In this document: positions 25,459 to 38,889 of the stretch, piece after piece
How positions within the stretch are numbered: position 1 is the first letter of the stretch
Layout: each line of letters begins with the position of its first letter
From: Octopus sinensis
Taxonomy: Eukaryota
Reading direction: 5' to 3'
Assembly: GCF_006345805.1 (NCBI RefSeq)
Contig: NC_043005.1
Coordinates: forward strand, 56,916,001 to 56,980,000
Length of the DNA: 64,000 bases
Notes under the pieces: model-generated
The model's database searches: none
What the model saw: only the letters and a program-made list of their open reading frames with translations
What the model was told of the DNA's origin: nothing
Position numbers and translations under genes: made by a program

Positions 25459-27668
25459 CACTCTGTTAACTGGAACATATGTTATTCACATAAAACACAA
25501 ATCTTCCAAATTTTCAAGTTCTCTCTGTTAACTGAGCTAGTTTTATCTTACTTTATCACTATTACCTTGATAAAGGTGATGATGATTAAAATATTTACTG
25601 CTAAATTGACTAGGGTATATATTGCAGACTTTTCAATCACGTTAGCATTTTATTGACTCGAGTTGTTGCAAATCTTAATGCATTAAAAGGATAATTGTTT
25701 AGATGTAACCTATAAGTACTAGAATAGAAAATTTTCCTGTTTCTACTCTTTGGTTTCTTAAAATATTATGTACATATAAATATATAATGTTTATGATTAG
25801 GCAACTAACTTAACAAAAATGTTCCGTTTCAAAATTGAGATGTCAAACATGTTCACATGTTGATGACTGCAACTGTTAACTCTCCACTGCCTGCTATCAC
25901 CATTATGTGTCTGTTGTCTTGAGTGTTCAGTGAGATAGATATCAGAACCACCGTATAGTTGGTGATTCGCAGTTTCAACTAAGTTGAATATATAAGCTTT
26001 GCATGAACCTGGTTTGCTAGATTTTGTTTAATTCTGTCGTAATTGTTTATTAGTTATTCTTATGTAACAGCCTTCTTGATTGAGTTTAATTCGTTTTGAC
26101 TCAATACAAATAATAGCTAATGTATTGTTATTAAGGGTACAACTGTGTAACAATTTAAGTTTTTGCTCTAAAGATATATTAACAAAAAAGAAAGAAAACA
26201 AAAAAATAATTTGAAAACTTCAGTATGAAACCTGTCTTGAATGTAAGATTTATTGTTCCATTTTTCTGTTGTCTAACTGCTTTCGTTATGATCTAGAACG
26301 AAGATAGTTGATAGAATGTTTCAGAATTTCCCATTGGTCCAGCACTAAGTGTCAGATGTAACAGTTTAGGGTCAAACTTGAGTGCATGAGCAAGGTTATC
26401 TCATCTTTAATACAGTTGATCCTGTCCTAAAATTTAAACATATATGGTTCCCAGTTTAAAGCTAGTAATTGAATTTAACGAAGGAAATTTAACTTCAATA
26501 TTGAGCACTTCATTTTTGTTTTTGTTGTGATATTTGTTTTGTTTTTATGTTTAAGGTTTCTTTTCTCTTGAAGTGATGAGCTCTGTTTCTTCTCCTAACT
26601 AGTGAAGGCATCGTTGTTTGGTGAAGAAGTTTACTTTGCAATTACAGGATCAGGATATTGCTTGATAGATACTAGAAGACTTAGTAGACATTGATGAAGT
26701 ATTGAGGATCAGTCCTAACAAATGTTTGTTAAAAATTGTAGTTCGATTTTATCCTACTGCTTGGGACTTATGGCAAGTGTTTTTCACCCTAACCTTAGCT
26801 CAGCCAAACCCCTGTGAATGAAATTTGGTAGACAGAAATTCTGTGGAAGTCTGTGGGAGTTTCTGTTCTTCGATGATTGATGTGATCTGTTGCCAGATTT
26901 AACATCACCTTGCCCGTGGAATGTTGTTAGCTGTTGTAAGAATTTGGGCCAGATCTCTGAGGATAACTTCCTGTTTTTATCTCACCATTCATGAAGGCTC
27001 TGGAAAGGGTTATGGGCACTGCTGTTCCTTTTCTGCTTGTTCTACTAAAAAAAAAAAAGAAAAGAAAATATGTGAATTCTGTTCAGATTTTAGATTGTAG
27101 TTATAAGGAAAGTAAAGGGATTGGTAAAAGCGGAATTTGAAAATAAGTTGGGAAAGGGGTCTTATATATTAAAAGTAGAATCTTATTTTAGAAATTGGTA
27201 GTTCATGGGGTGTTTGATACCAGGGTTTAATGGTGAAGATGAAAGCAGTTGTAAACACAATAGAAAATTTTAAATGTGGGTAGAATGCATTTGGTATGTT
27301 CTAATAAATTAGACACTTAATGTAATAGCAGTAGTAAAAATGGATTAAGATATTGTTTAACTGACATTAGAGGTCTTGGTGGATTTTAATGAAATATTGT
27401 ATTGTAAACATGGCAAATGTTTGTTAAATGTTGCAAATAGACACTAGTAAAGTACAGCAGTAATCAGTTGTATATTTTGTATTGACTGTATGTTGCCTTT
27501 TAAGTAATTTGATTATTTCACTGGCTCATTTGTTTATCTAAAAACTTTGGACCTAAATAATAATCAATGGCTACCTATTGTTATCTGCCACATATCTTTG
27601 TATCTTAATTTCCATTCTTAATGTCTGAAGTTGGAAATGGGTTTATTTGTCCTTGATAAATATATGCA

Positions 27669-27704
<36 letters not shown>

Positions 27705-28019
27705 GTGTCATTTTGATTTCTATTTATATTTGTGTTGGTGTTGAGATTTTGAATTCATAATATGCTGTTTGCTGACCATTTTCTGAAGAAAATGGTATGC
27801 ATTAGGATTGGTTTACTTGTTCTGTAATGTTAGTACCATGTGTAATTTGGTTAAGTGGATTTAGTAGAGGGAAACCGAAAGAAGCCTGTTGTGTGTGTGT
27901 GTTTGTTTTGTGTCACTTTGTCTCGACATTGCATGATAGTATAAGTGAACAGCACTGTCATACAAGTGGTGTCCTTTGTTTCCAATCTTCTGTAGAAGCA
28001 TGTTTGGCCAAAGAGAAGT

Positions 28020-28906
28020 ACAAGGAAGTGCACAAAAGAAACCAGTATTTTGCGATATTATTTTATTCACTCTCAGTTTTACATGTTTACACTTTTATCA
28101 CCTCCAAAGTATTCTCCATTTGAAGCAATCCATCAGTCCAGACACGTTTTCCACCATTTGAAGCAGTGATGGAACTCTTGCAAAGTGATGCCTTTTCCTT
28201 CACCTCTTCCACATCTGCAAATTCCATGGCACCAGCTTTTGTCACCAGTGATGATCTTTGGAAAAAGGTCCTGATCAATTTCCAACTGTTCTTTCAGTTC
28301 ACAACGCACATTCAGTTATGACTGCCCTTGATCTGTGAGTAAGGGAGGCACAAATTTTGTTGCAACTCTTTTCATTCACAATTCCTCGCTCAAAATTCAT
28401 TGGCAGGTGCTCCAGGATATACCAGTCATATCAACAAGTTTGTCAATTGTTTGGCAATGTTCCTCCAAGATCAATTCATGAATTTTTATAATGTTTTCAT
28501 TCGCTTGGGAGGTCAATGGACACTCTGAACAAGGTTGGTCTTCAAGCAACAAGTTACCATTCCTAAAGTGTGAAAACCACTTGTGAACTTGTTTTACTCA
28601 TGGCAGCATCTTTGTAAGCTGTTTGAAGCATGACAACTGTTTTGGCTGCCTTTTTCCCCAGCAGAAAACAGAATTTCACAGAAGCATGCTGATCCTTCAT
28701 TTCAGCCATTTCAAAAATCTACGAACAGGGAAAAAGCACTACAAAACAAAGATGCACCACATGGCAGTACAACCACACTAGACAATGCCACTCAGCAGAC
28801 TGATACCTGAGAGTTGTATGAAGTGGCTTTTTGCGATGGTAGCTTGAACTATAATGGGCTTGTCTCACAGAGAATGTTTCCAGTTACTCTTGGGTACCTC
28901 CTTGTG
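28020..28906 (-). mobile_element. Internally deleted (non-autonomous) mariner element
   Basis: Imperfect TIRs acaagga.gt.c.caa.ag. The minus strand gives MKDQHASVKFCFLLGKKAAKTVVMLQTAYKD...MKRVATKFVP, joined to the C-terminal EFADVEEVKEK...IASNGEYF. The catalytic core is missing. Confidence 0.8.
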
Positions 28907-29820
28907 TTACCTTCCTTGGGGACAGATGTGGGTTGGTGGTAAAAAAAGTTTTTGACCATAGAAAATCTGCCTCGGATTGTTGGACCCATGCAAGTGTGGA
29001 AAAATGGATGTATTCATGATCATGCATACATCCATTTTAGTTACTTTTGTTAGTTTACTGTAAAATAGCTATGAATGTCACAACTTTCGCTTTCTTGTTA
29101 TCTTACATAAGATGTCTCTAGCTTAGAAATTATTAACTTCAGTTCCTATTTGGATAAAGCTTCATGTTTGGAAAGATATAAACGATACATTTTCTAGTTA
29201 AAGGAAATGTGTGTGTAAACACACACACAAGTGCATCTCAGAAAGCTTGAGCTTTATGCAAAAAATGAATGTTGTAATTTAAATTAGAACAATAAAATTT
29301 CAGTTGCATATGGCTCCCTAAATTTAAACTGATCTCTTTGTAGCATTTTTTGATAGAAGCTAACATTAATGATTTCCATGCAGGGATCATTAAAATATTA
29401 AACTGTAGTACCCGAAGATCAAAAATACAATAAAGTTGGTCAAAAATTGAATAGTATTGCAGAGTGAGGAATGGTAGTCAGTGCTTGGTTGATGCTCTTT
29501 TGTTTCACTGACTGTCTGAATATACTGTGGCATAGAAGAAACCAGCCTGTGATACGATATATTGTGCAACAAATATGTGTGAAAATTAGCATAGTTAAAA
29601 AAGAAAATATCTCACTTAGGCTAATTACTCAGATATACTATTTGCATGTAAAACAATTGAACTTATTGTTAACATATTTAATATGATAAGCATCCACTCC
29701 TCACTGGTAAAATTAGGGAGATAATCAAGCCATGAAAAATTCTATAAAAATTAGAACAAGTGAAGAGGTTACAAATTACATTTGACATTTTAGCCACCTG
29801 CACCTTCCCTGGATATATTA

Positions 29821-31003
29821 TGTTTGGTTGGCAAGAAAGTAATTTTGTTTTACGCATTTAGAGTTATGATCTTTTTGAATGACTTTTGTCAATGTTATGA
29901 TTTTTTCCTTTTGACATTTGATAGCCATTACCTTTAGCTTACTGTAGAAGCAAATTGCATGTAATTTTGTTTACAACTGTTAGTTCAGTGTTAATTTTAA
30001 CATGGAGTGCAAAGATAGACATTTTCGCCATATTTTGCTTTTTATTTCCGTAAAGGCAAGAAAGCTGATGAGGTTCACAAGAGATGTGTGAAGTTTATGG
30101 TTTGATTGCTTAATAGAATGTACATGTCAGAAATGATTTAAAATATTCCATTCTGGAGATTTTTCACTCAAAGATGACCAACTGAAGTTGATTATGACCA
30201 AATTAAAGCCATAATTGAATCTGATTGTCATATAACTGTGCAAGAGATTGTAGAGAGGTTAAATGTATGACACACAACAATTGAAAATCGCTTAAAATCT
30301 CTTGGACATGTTAAGAAGCTCAATATTTGGGTTCCGCATAAATTGAAAGAAATGCGTTCACTTAATACAACAAATCAATATTTGCGATATGCATCCCAAA
30401 CACAATGAAATCGACCCAATTGTCCAAGTGTAATGAACCAGCACAAATCACATTGAAAGCTGAATTGCATCAAAAAAATGTCATGCTGTCAATTTGATGG
30501 GATTACAAAGGTGTTGTGTATTTTGAGCAGCTTCTAAGGAACCAAACAATCATTTCAGATATTTACTGTTGACAACTAATGAAACTGGAGGAGCAATCAA
30601 AAACTGCCAGAATTGGCAAATTGTAAAAGAATCATGTTCCACCATGACAACACTAGACCACACACATCTTTGCTAACTTGTGAAAAATTATTGGAGCTTG
30701 GTTGGGAAGTGATGTCACATCCACCATACAGCCCTAACCTTGCACCATAGGATTACCATTTATTTCGAAGTTTACAAAATTCTTTGAATGGTAAAACTTT
30801 CATTCATGATGATGACCTGAAATCACGCCTGCTTCAGTTTTTGGGTAAGGACCTGAAGTTCTATGAGCGTGGAATCATGAAGTTGCCAAAGGTCATCAAA
30901 GAAAATGGAAAATATATAATTGATTAAAGTTCATTCATTATATGAAGAAAAAAATGACTTTTATTTCACACTAAAAAACCAAAAATTATTTTCTTGCCAA
31001 TCT
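29821..31003 (+). mobile_element. Decayed mariner (DD34D-type) transposon
   Basis: TIRs ttggcaagaaagtaatt / aattattttcttgccaa. Translation gives MECKDRHFRHIL, IWVPH, WDYKGVVYFE, FHHDNTRPH and HPPYSPNLAP*DYHLFRSLQN, with many stops and frameshifts. Confidence 0.9.
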
Positions 31004-31059
31004 TGTTCTTAGGCATTTTGATATGCCATAAGTAAAACAGCTGCGGTAGCATCAATAAT

Positions 31060-31985
31060 AATAAGTACCAGTTATGCACTGGGGTCAATGTAATTGTCTT
31101 AATTCCTTTGTCTGTCCTTGTTTGTCCCTTCTATGTTTAGCCCCCTTAATAATTATAATAATCCTTTCTACTATAGACAGAAGGCCTGAAATATTATTGG
31201 GGAACGGACTATTGATTACATTCACTCCCACTACTCAACTGGTACTTATTTTATTGACTCTGAAATGATGGAAGGTGAAGTTGAACTTGGTGGAATTTGA
31301 ACTCTGAATATAGAGACAGACAAAATACTGCTTAGCATTTTGTCTGATATACTAATGATTCTGCCAGATCACCATAATAACAATCCTTTTTGTTATAGGC
31401 ACATGGTTTGAAATTTAGCGGGAGGAGGACCAGTGCTCAACTGATACTTATTTCATCAGAGCTGAAAAGATGGAAGGCAGAATCAACCTTGGCAGAATTT
31501 GATCTCAGAATGTAGAGACAGATGAAATGCCACTAAGCATTTTATCTAGTGCACTAACAATTCTGCCAGCTCACCACCTTTTATCACAATAATAATAATT
31601 AAAATGTTGATTTCAAATTTTGTCTCAAGGCCAGCAATTTTTGAGGGAGGTGCCTGGTCAATTACATTGACCACAGTGCTCACTTGGAACTTTATTTTAT
31701 TGACCTTGAAAGGATGAAAGGCAAAATCAACTTCAGCTTGATTTGAATGCTAAGAGTCGGAGGGTGGGGGGATGTTGCAAGACATTTTTTCTAATGTTCT
31801 GTCAACTTACTACCCAAATAATAATTCTTTTTGTTATCGGCAGGACAGTCGATTACATCTAAGTACTTAACTGACACTTAATCAACTCAGAAATGATGAA
31901 AGACAAAGCTGACCATGGCAGAATTTGTACTCAGAATGTAAAGATGGATAAAATACTGCTAAGCATTTTGCCTGACATGCTAATA
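31060..31985 (-). mobile_element. Cluster of 4-5 head-to-tail family C SINE copies
   Basis: Repeated blocks ctggtacttatttt..gatgaaaggcaaa..ggcagaatttg.actcagaatgta..ctaagcattttg, separated by (aat)n. Confidence 0.75.
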
Positions 31986-32690
31986 ATAATAATAATAATA
32001 ATAAGAATAGCTTGCGCAAAACACTATTGATTCAGTAGAATGGTTCAAATAGAACAATCTGCATGTGCCACACACATCCTATACAATAAGCATCTAATAA
32101 TTTAATTGAAAACAACACAACTCTTGCAACATATATTCAATAAAATAAGATTAATATCCAATAAAATAACACCACCCACATTGCACACAACACACACAAG
32201 AGAACAAACCCTAATCATTATCATTATATTATCATCATCGTTTAACATCTGCCTTCCATGCTGACATGGGTTGGATGGTTTGACGGGAGCTGGCCAGGCG
32301 GCAGCCAGCATCAGACTTCTTTGTGTTTTGGCAGGGGTTTTATGGTTGGATGCCCTTCTTAACACCAACCACCCAGCAGAGTGGACTACTGTAACAAGAA
32401 ACTAAATCCATGAAACAAACTGATGCAGTAACTAAGAGGAGGAGTCCACCCTCCCTCAATCTCCACAAAAATAAGACTGCACATGCTTCAGGAATATGGA
32501 AGTGTACCAGGTGGTGCAGTATAAACTTGCATGAAACAACTGAAGAAAAAATGAAAATAACATTTGTATGCACAACATAGACAAATGGAGGACTTTTTTT
32601 AAACTTTGGCACAAGGGTACCCATTCTTTAAATGAAATCTTATTGACTTAACTGAGCCTAGTACATAACATGACTGGTACTTGATGAAAG

Positions 32691-33077
32691 GTGTGTAGGC
32701 GCAATGGCCCGGTGGTTAGGGCAGCGGACTCGCGGTCATAGGATCACGGTTTCGATTCCCAGACCGGGCGTTGTGAGTGTTTATTGAGCGAAAACACCTA
32801 AAGCTCCACGAGGCTCTGGCAGGGGATGGTGGTGATCCCTGCTGTACTCTTTCACCACAACTTTCTCTCACTCTTACTTCCTGTTTCTGTTGTACCTGTA
32901 TTTCAAAGGGCCGGCCATGTCACTCTCTCTGTCACGCTGAATATCCCCAAGAACTGTGTTAAGGGTACACGTGTCTGTGGAGTGCTCAGCCACTTACATG
33001 TTAATTTCACGAGCAGGCTGTTCCGTTGATTCGGATCAACCAGAACCCTCGTCGTCGTAACCGACGGAGTGCTTCCA
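32691..33077 (+). mobile_element. Young tRNA-derived SINE (family D)
   Basis: A-box tggcccggtgg and B-box ggtttcgattccc. Probable TSD acttgatgaaag (32679-32690) / acttaatgaaag (33086-33097). Inverted relative to 12311-12696. Confidence 0.9.
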
Positions 33078-33309
33078 TATATCCCACTTAATGAAAGACA
33101 AATCAATGTAGTGGAGTTTGAACAGTTGAAATTTACTGGAAATCTTTTCTTATATAAGGGTTATTAATATAGAAAGAGTTACAATATAGGAAAACACCTT
33201 TAATACATGTTAACCATATATTTCTAGCAAAAGTAGACAGCCATTGTGTTTTAAATATTTGTAAGATTTGGAGACTTTGAATACTATATCTTCTCTTTCT
33301 TTCTCTCTG

Positions 33310-34498
33310 TGTATTGGATCATTTCTCTTTTAATCTAAAATATACTCTCCTTCATTTTCTACAATGCTCTTCCATCTATCTGGTAGACTTGCAAGCCCCA
33401 CCCCCTTCCAAAATTCACTTGTCCCTGATGAAAAATTCTCCTCCAGTACTGTTCTGACCTCTCTACAGAATTCATATTTTCTGTCCAAATGATTTTGAAG
33501 ACTGCGGAATAAATGGTAATCAGATAGTGCAGTGTCTGGTGAATATAGTGGGTGTAGCATCATTTCCCATTGAAACTGCTCCAGCCTTTGAAAGATCATC
33601 CTCACTGTATGTGGCTGAGCATTATCCTGATAGAAGAACACCTTTCATCTTGAAACTGAAGGTGGTCGTTTTTTTTCTAGCTCTGATTTAAACGGCTCAA
33701 GCTGTTTGCAGTAGATCTACTCTGTTTGGGTTTCAAAGTTCAAAGTGGACTAAACCTTTCATATCCCACCAAACAGACAACAACACCATATGTAGGTGAA
33801 GACCTTCTTTAGACTGGGATGCCAGTGTTTCTCCTTTCCCTACCCACTCCCTTCGGCACTTGACGTTTTTATAGAGAACTCATTTCTCATCACCAGTCAC
33901 TGTTCATGTGAGATGTGACATCAAAGAGCACACATTCACTCTGTGTGTGCGATTAGATTTGGAAAGTTTGTGAAGAACCCATTGACCCAATTTGCTGATT
34001 TTTTTTTTTCCGATGGCACACAGGTGTCATTGATTGATCAAATCCAAGTGTCTCTGCTAGTTCCTCAACAGTTACAATGGGGTTTTGTTCCAAGGTTAGC
34101 AGGATGTTCTCATAAGCTGTATAGATCTTCCTGGACGAGGCTTGTCTTCTAGGCTGTAGTTTCTGGCTTGGAATTTCTAGAACCACCGTTGTCACTGGCT
34201 TATGCTTATTGTCTGATCCCCATATACTGCATTAATATTCTTCACGCTTCCTGTTGCGTTGTTGCCTTTATTGAACTCATAAAGCAAAATATGCTAAATA
34301 ATCTCCTTTGTCACTTCCATTATAGCTTTAAAAAAATGGCTGTTAAAATCAAACAGCACTCTTCAAAACTTGCACTAAGAATAAGGTCAAGGTGATATTA
34401 CTACCTGCTTTTATAGCAAATTGATGCAGGTAGTTTATTCTGTCTCCCTCTGACTTCTAGTTAATGCAATTGAAAAAACTGCATTATTTATGGGATAT
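33310..34498 (-). mobile_element. Decayed mariner transposon
   Basis: ORF 33330-33641 reads QDNAQPH...HPLYSPDTALSDYHLFRSLQNHL. An N-terminus MEVTKEII*HILLYEFNKG lies near 34320, and ORF 33953-34195 carries the HTH-like VTVEELAETLG. Confidence 0.9.
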
Positions 34499-34902
34499 TT
34501 ACATTGGATGCTTAAAACACTGTTTCGTCTGAAAACACTGGTTTGTCTTAAGGGTTTGAATCAAGTATTCTGCTGTTTTTTCTTTTTTTGTGTGTGTATT
34601 CATTAACAAGCATGTTTATTATATTTCCAATGGTTTTATAGCCATTGCTTTTTCTTACACTAATCTGAAGTTGGGCGTTTTTTAATGAATTGTTGAAGTA
34701 AGTTATAATTTTTAAAAATGCAATGAACTTGGGGTTCCCATATTTTTCACTCAGTTCCCTTTGATAACTCTATACCTTCAAGAGAGTATCTTACTATATA
34801 ATTTAAGTTTTTTGCTTTTGAGTTCTAATAATTGATAGCTGATTGGTATCTTTTGTCTCTGATATTTGATATATTATTAAATTTTGTCTTATCCTATTTC
34901 AG

Positions 34903-34989
34903 TTTGATGCGCGATGCTAATAAAATGGTTAGCAAATGCATATACGTGAATGTCTTAAAATCTACAGATGGACAAGATATTTTAGAAAA
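34903..34989 (+). CDS. PPP1R10: PNUTS second coding exon (87 nt, phase 2-2)
   Basis: cctatttcAG|T TTG ATG ... GAA AA|gtaagt encodes (S)LMRDANKMVSKCIYVNVLKSTDGQDILE(K/N), matching human [30 protein letters not shown] as recalled. The phase fits the preceding exon. Confidence 0.92.
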
Positions 34990-37488
34990 GTAAGTGAAGA
35001 AAGTTTGAATTTTCATAAAAGATATTTTGTTTGATTTTTCTTTCAGTAAATCTATACTAAGACATTTTTCATGAAAGTATTTAAACTGTGAGCAACATTT
35101 GCTAGGAATAATATTTTGTATGGTGGAAAGTTTTTAGAGCTGTGGTGACTTGAATTCTTGAGTGATACACTGTCTTTAGGTACCAGTTTATTGGTACTCC
35201 ATAAGAGTTAATGTATTAAAATTTCACATGTTGAACTTCTACCAAATATTTATAAAATCTGAATAAAGATTTCCAGCATTTAGAGAGACACGGAGAAGAT
35301 GAAGTTCATACAACCTGATAGTTATGTAGTTTATGATGAATCTCTTCTCTAGTGTGAAACTTTCAGCTATTTGTTTTTGCATACAAATGTTAATAGCTAT
35401 GAAGTTAAAGTGCTGGACTATGGCCTCTGTCTTATTTTACTGTCAAAGTGGCTGTGGATTGGCCACAGTTTAGGTTGAGAGGCCGACAATGCTTTTCAAT
35501 ATATAGTTATGTTTTTATACATTTTAAGTTCAAAACCAACCGAGGTTAACTTGGCCTATCATCCAACAAGCTTTCAGCAAATAAATACCTACCAAGTACT
35601 GGGATTGATATAATTGACTATTCCCTCCCTCTAAATTTGTGACCTTGCCCCTATATAACTAATTTTATACTGTAATCAAGATCTTAGCTCTATTTACTTT
35701 GGTCACATAAGTTTTGCTTCACTGTTAGATAGTTGGCAGGATGAAAGGCATCTAACTATAAGCCTTCTTGTTCTGATAAATTTAAAATATGTGGGCTGAC
35801 CTCATGTGATGTTTATAATTGAGTGGGGTTTTGTTCTTATTATATGTACATACATTAGTTTGTAGAAGCATACCAAATGTTGTTACTTGCAGTGATCAGT
35901 TTATTTTATGTGAAAGTAGTTGTTCTATATCTGTGTACAATTATTCTTCTGCACTGCTATATAAAACAGAACATGTATATTTTATAGTCAATAACAAAAT
36001 ACAAAAGAAAAAGAAGAAAACAGCAAAAATAGGCAATAGCTGTTGCAAACAAGAGACTTGTTTTTCCTCTATTTACAAAGCTATGTTAACTTGATGGGAG
36101 TTCATAAGATTTGAATTGTTTTTTTTAATTACATTTGGTGTGCATCCCTACTTCATACTGCCTTGTATTTGTTGAAAGTATAAGATTTCAATCATTATAT
36201 CTCTATTCTATGTAGTTTATTATGTGCCTGTATATATATAACCTTCCATGTGCACATTATTTGAATGTGTAGATGTGTGTATGATCACTGAATGGTATAT
36301 TTTATGGCTTATCCCCTGCCTCTCCATTCTGTAATGGACATTAAAAAACTCAAAATATTACCTATGTGACAATAGTAATGCTTATGTATGTAACACCAGC
36401 TGAGTGTTTGTCTGGCAGTTGTATTCTATATTTTTTTTTGTAAATTAGATTTCAGTTAAAATTTTTTTTTCATTATGAAAGCAGATAATGTCAGGTGTTT
36501 TATTGTTCAATTACATGTATTAACTAATCAATAAGCTGCTAATGGTGTGTGTATGTGTGTGACTTAAAATAATGGTGTAGCATTGTTATCATTGTTTTAA
36601 CATTCACCTTTCCATGCATGGTAGGGATGAAATTTATTGAGGCACATTTTCTAAGACTGAATCCCTTATCTGTTGACAACATTCTTCTGTTTCCAAGCAA
36701 GCTAATATTTTCTCATAGCCAAACATGTTCATGCAGAATATTGGAAATGAATGACTTACCATGTAGGACACCAACACAAACACTCACACTCTTATACCTC
36801 ATATACTTATGTATATTTATATGCACACACACACACACACACACACAGAGGGATTCTTACAATTTTCATTCAAGGCTTTGGTTACTTGCCCAAAGCACCA
36901 TGCATTGAGACTGAACTCAGAGACATGTGGTTGAAAACCACACTTCTTAACCACATGGCTGTGCCTATGGCTATTGTTATATATCATAATGTATATACAA
37001 ATGTTGGACAGCACTAGCTGTAGGAGTGCTAAAAACATTGTTATTTTGACGTAATATTTGCTTTATTTGGTGACAGATGGCACTGGTCATTCAGAGCTAG
37101 GCCAGAACTCTCATTCCTTTATAGAAATCAGCAAACAAAACATTTAATGATTTTTAAGGATTATGTTAAAGATGCTCATGTCTGTAGAAAGCTTTGGTGC
37201 TGATGCCATCTAAAAAGCACTGAATATCCATTTTATGTTTATATATTTGTGTATATGGAATTGAATTGCTGAATTGGTCGAATTATCACTGTGTTGGGGA
37301 GAGGGCCTCGCTGTATTTTTTTTTTTACTCTGTGCATGCTGCAAATGAATTTGTCTTTTCACGTTTTGGTATCAATAGAGAACCAGTTCAGAGTGGTGTA
37401 TTTGTGAAATGTTAAAGCATCAAAAGAGATGTCTTGTAATATCTGTATGATCACATACACGCGTACATATAGTAACTATTCGCTCACA

Positions 37489-37540
<52 letters not shown>

Positions 37541-38889
37541 GTGAGTCAGAAAGTAATACATTGAGTTTTTATTTACTGATATTATGTATTGCCTCTGAGC
37601 TGAATAAAAAGTTGGTGTACACAGTTGAAATAGCATTAAATTAAAATATATTTTTATTTAGTCTAGTCCATACTGTTAGTGAATGTGTTATTCCTTGTTT
37701 CCTATTTATTGAGAGAACAGATTTCTTCGAGGCATGTGAGTAGCAGTACATGTCATTAGTAAGGCTAAATGAAGCTGAAAAGCATCTGACATTCTTTTAA
37801 GTCACAGCTGAGATGATGTTTATCTCACTCTAATATGGATTGTTTTTTACGCAATATGTCTATGAGGAAATTTTCTCTCTCACAGCATCATACCTGTCAA
37901 CAGTGTATATACACTAAATATGCTACTTGGATGACTATTTTTAATTTAATGCTGCTTCAGTTGCAATCGTCAAGTTTTTATTATATATGTGTGTGTACTT
38001 AGTGTTGTATCAAAACCAATGCATGAGTGGGCATTACTTTTTAGAGTTAATGCTTTCCCATACAGATCAATGGCCCATGTTTTACATGTAACTCAGTATG
38101 GCTGGATACCCATCTTTTTAGTGACCATTTTATCAAGTCTCCTCAGGTGACATTTTTTTATGGCACCAGTACTGGAGGCATGATTAAGTAGTCCACATGA
38201 TCCTTCAGCATCTTGGCTATTTGCAAACTATTTTACAAGTTCATTCTAGTGTGACATTGTCACGAGTGAGATTGCCTTGCATGACACATGGTTTGAGTGT
38301 CTTTAGTACTCTGTATGTGCACATCTTCAAGGTAATACGTCCCAGAAGATGAAAAGATGAGAGAGTTGTGATAGAAGAATTAGAAAGGTGGGGTGCTGGT
38401 TACAAGTTTGTGTGAGCTGATGAGATTGTTGGGTAGTAATAGGGAAAGGTGATTGATGTTGAATAAGTGTGGAGATAGTCAATGGTAAGAATGAGTGATA
38501 GCTGTCTGTAGAATGTGGCTCAGAGAAGGAGTGATGAGTGGCAATACTGAAAGGATGATGGTTTATAGTTATGGATTGTACTTTCATTAATTACACTAGC
38601 AGAATAATCCAGCAAACATGACAGGATAGGTAGAGAGACTGAGTGATAGGCAGAAGGGTGAATGAGTGATTGAGAGATAAGCAAAATGGAGATTGAGAGA
38701 TAACCAAAATGGAATATTAAAGGCATGCAGGAGATGACAGATTTAGACTTGACAAGGATGTAATAGGGAAGATACTCAAATATATGCATAGGCATGCATA
38801 CAAACATATATGCCTTTCACACAGGATGTTGGGCATTTCCCCAATCAATATTTTTCTATCTCCTCTGTAAGGCACCCAGAAATAAGTCT

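Noticed and set aside
26576-26700. Box C-like gtgatga as a possible intronic snoRNA (also ~5908, ~35333)
   Set aside because: No box D (CTGA) with a terminal stem at a suitable distance.
32695-32770. tRNA-like sequence with A and B boxes (also 12620-12695)
   Set aside because: It is the head of a TSD-flanked multi-copy SINE, with no proper acceptor stem or poly-T terminator.
37721-37741. Possible small exon ending in gtgagt
   Set aside because: The acceptor lacks a polypyrimidine tract and the peptide does not match the expected PNUTS continuation.
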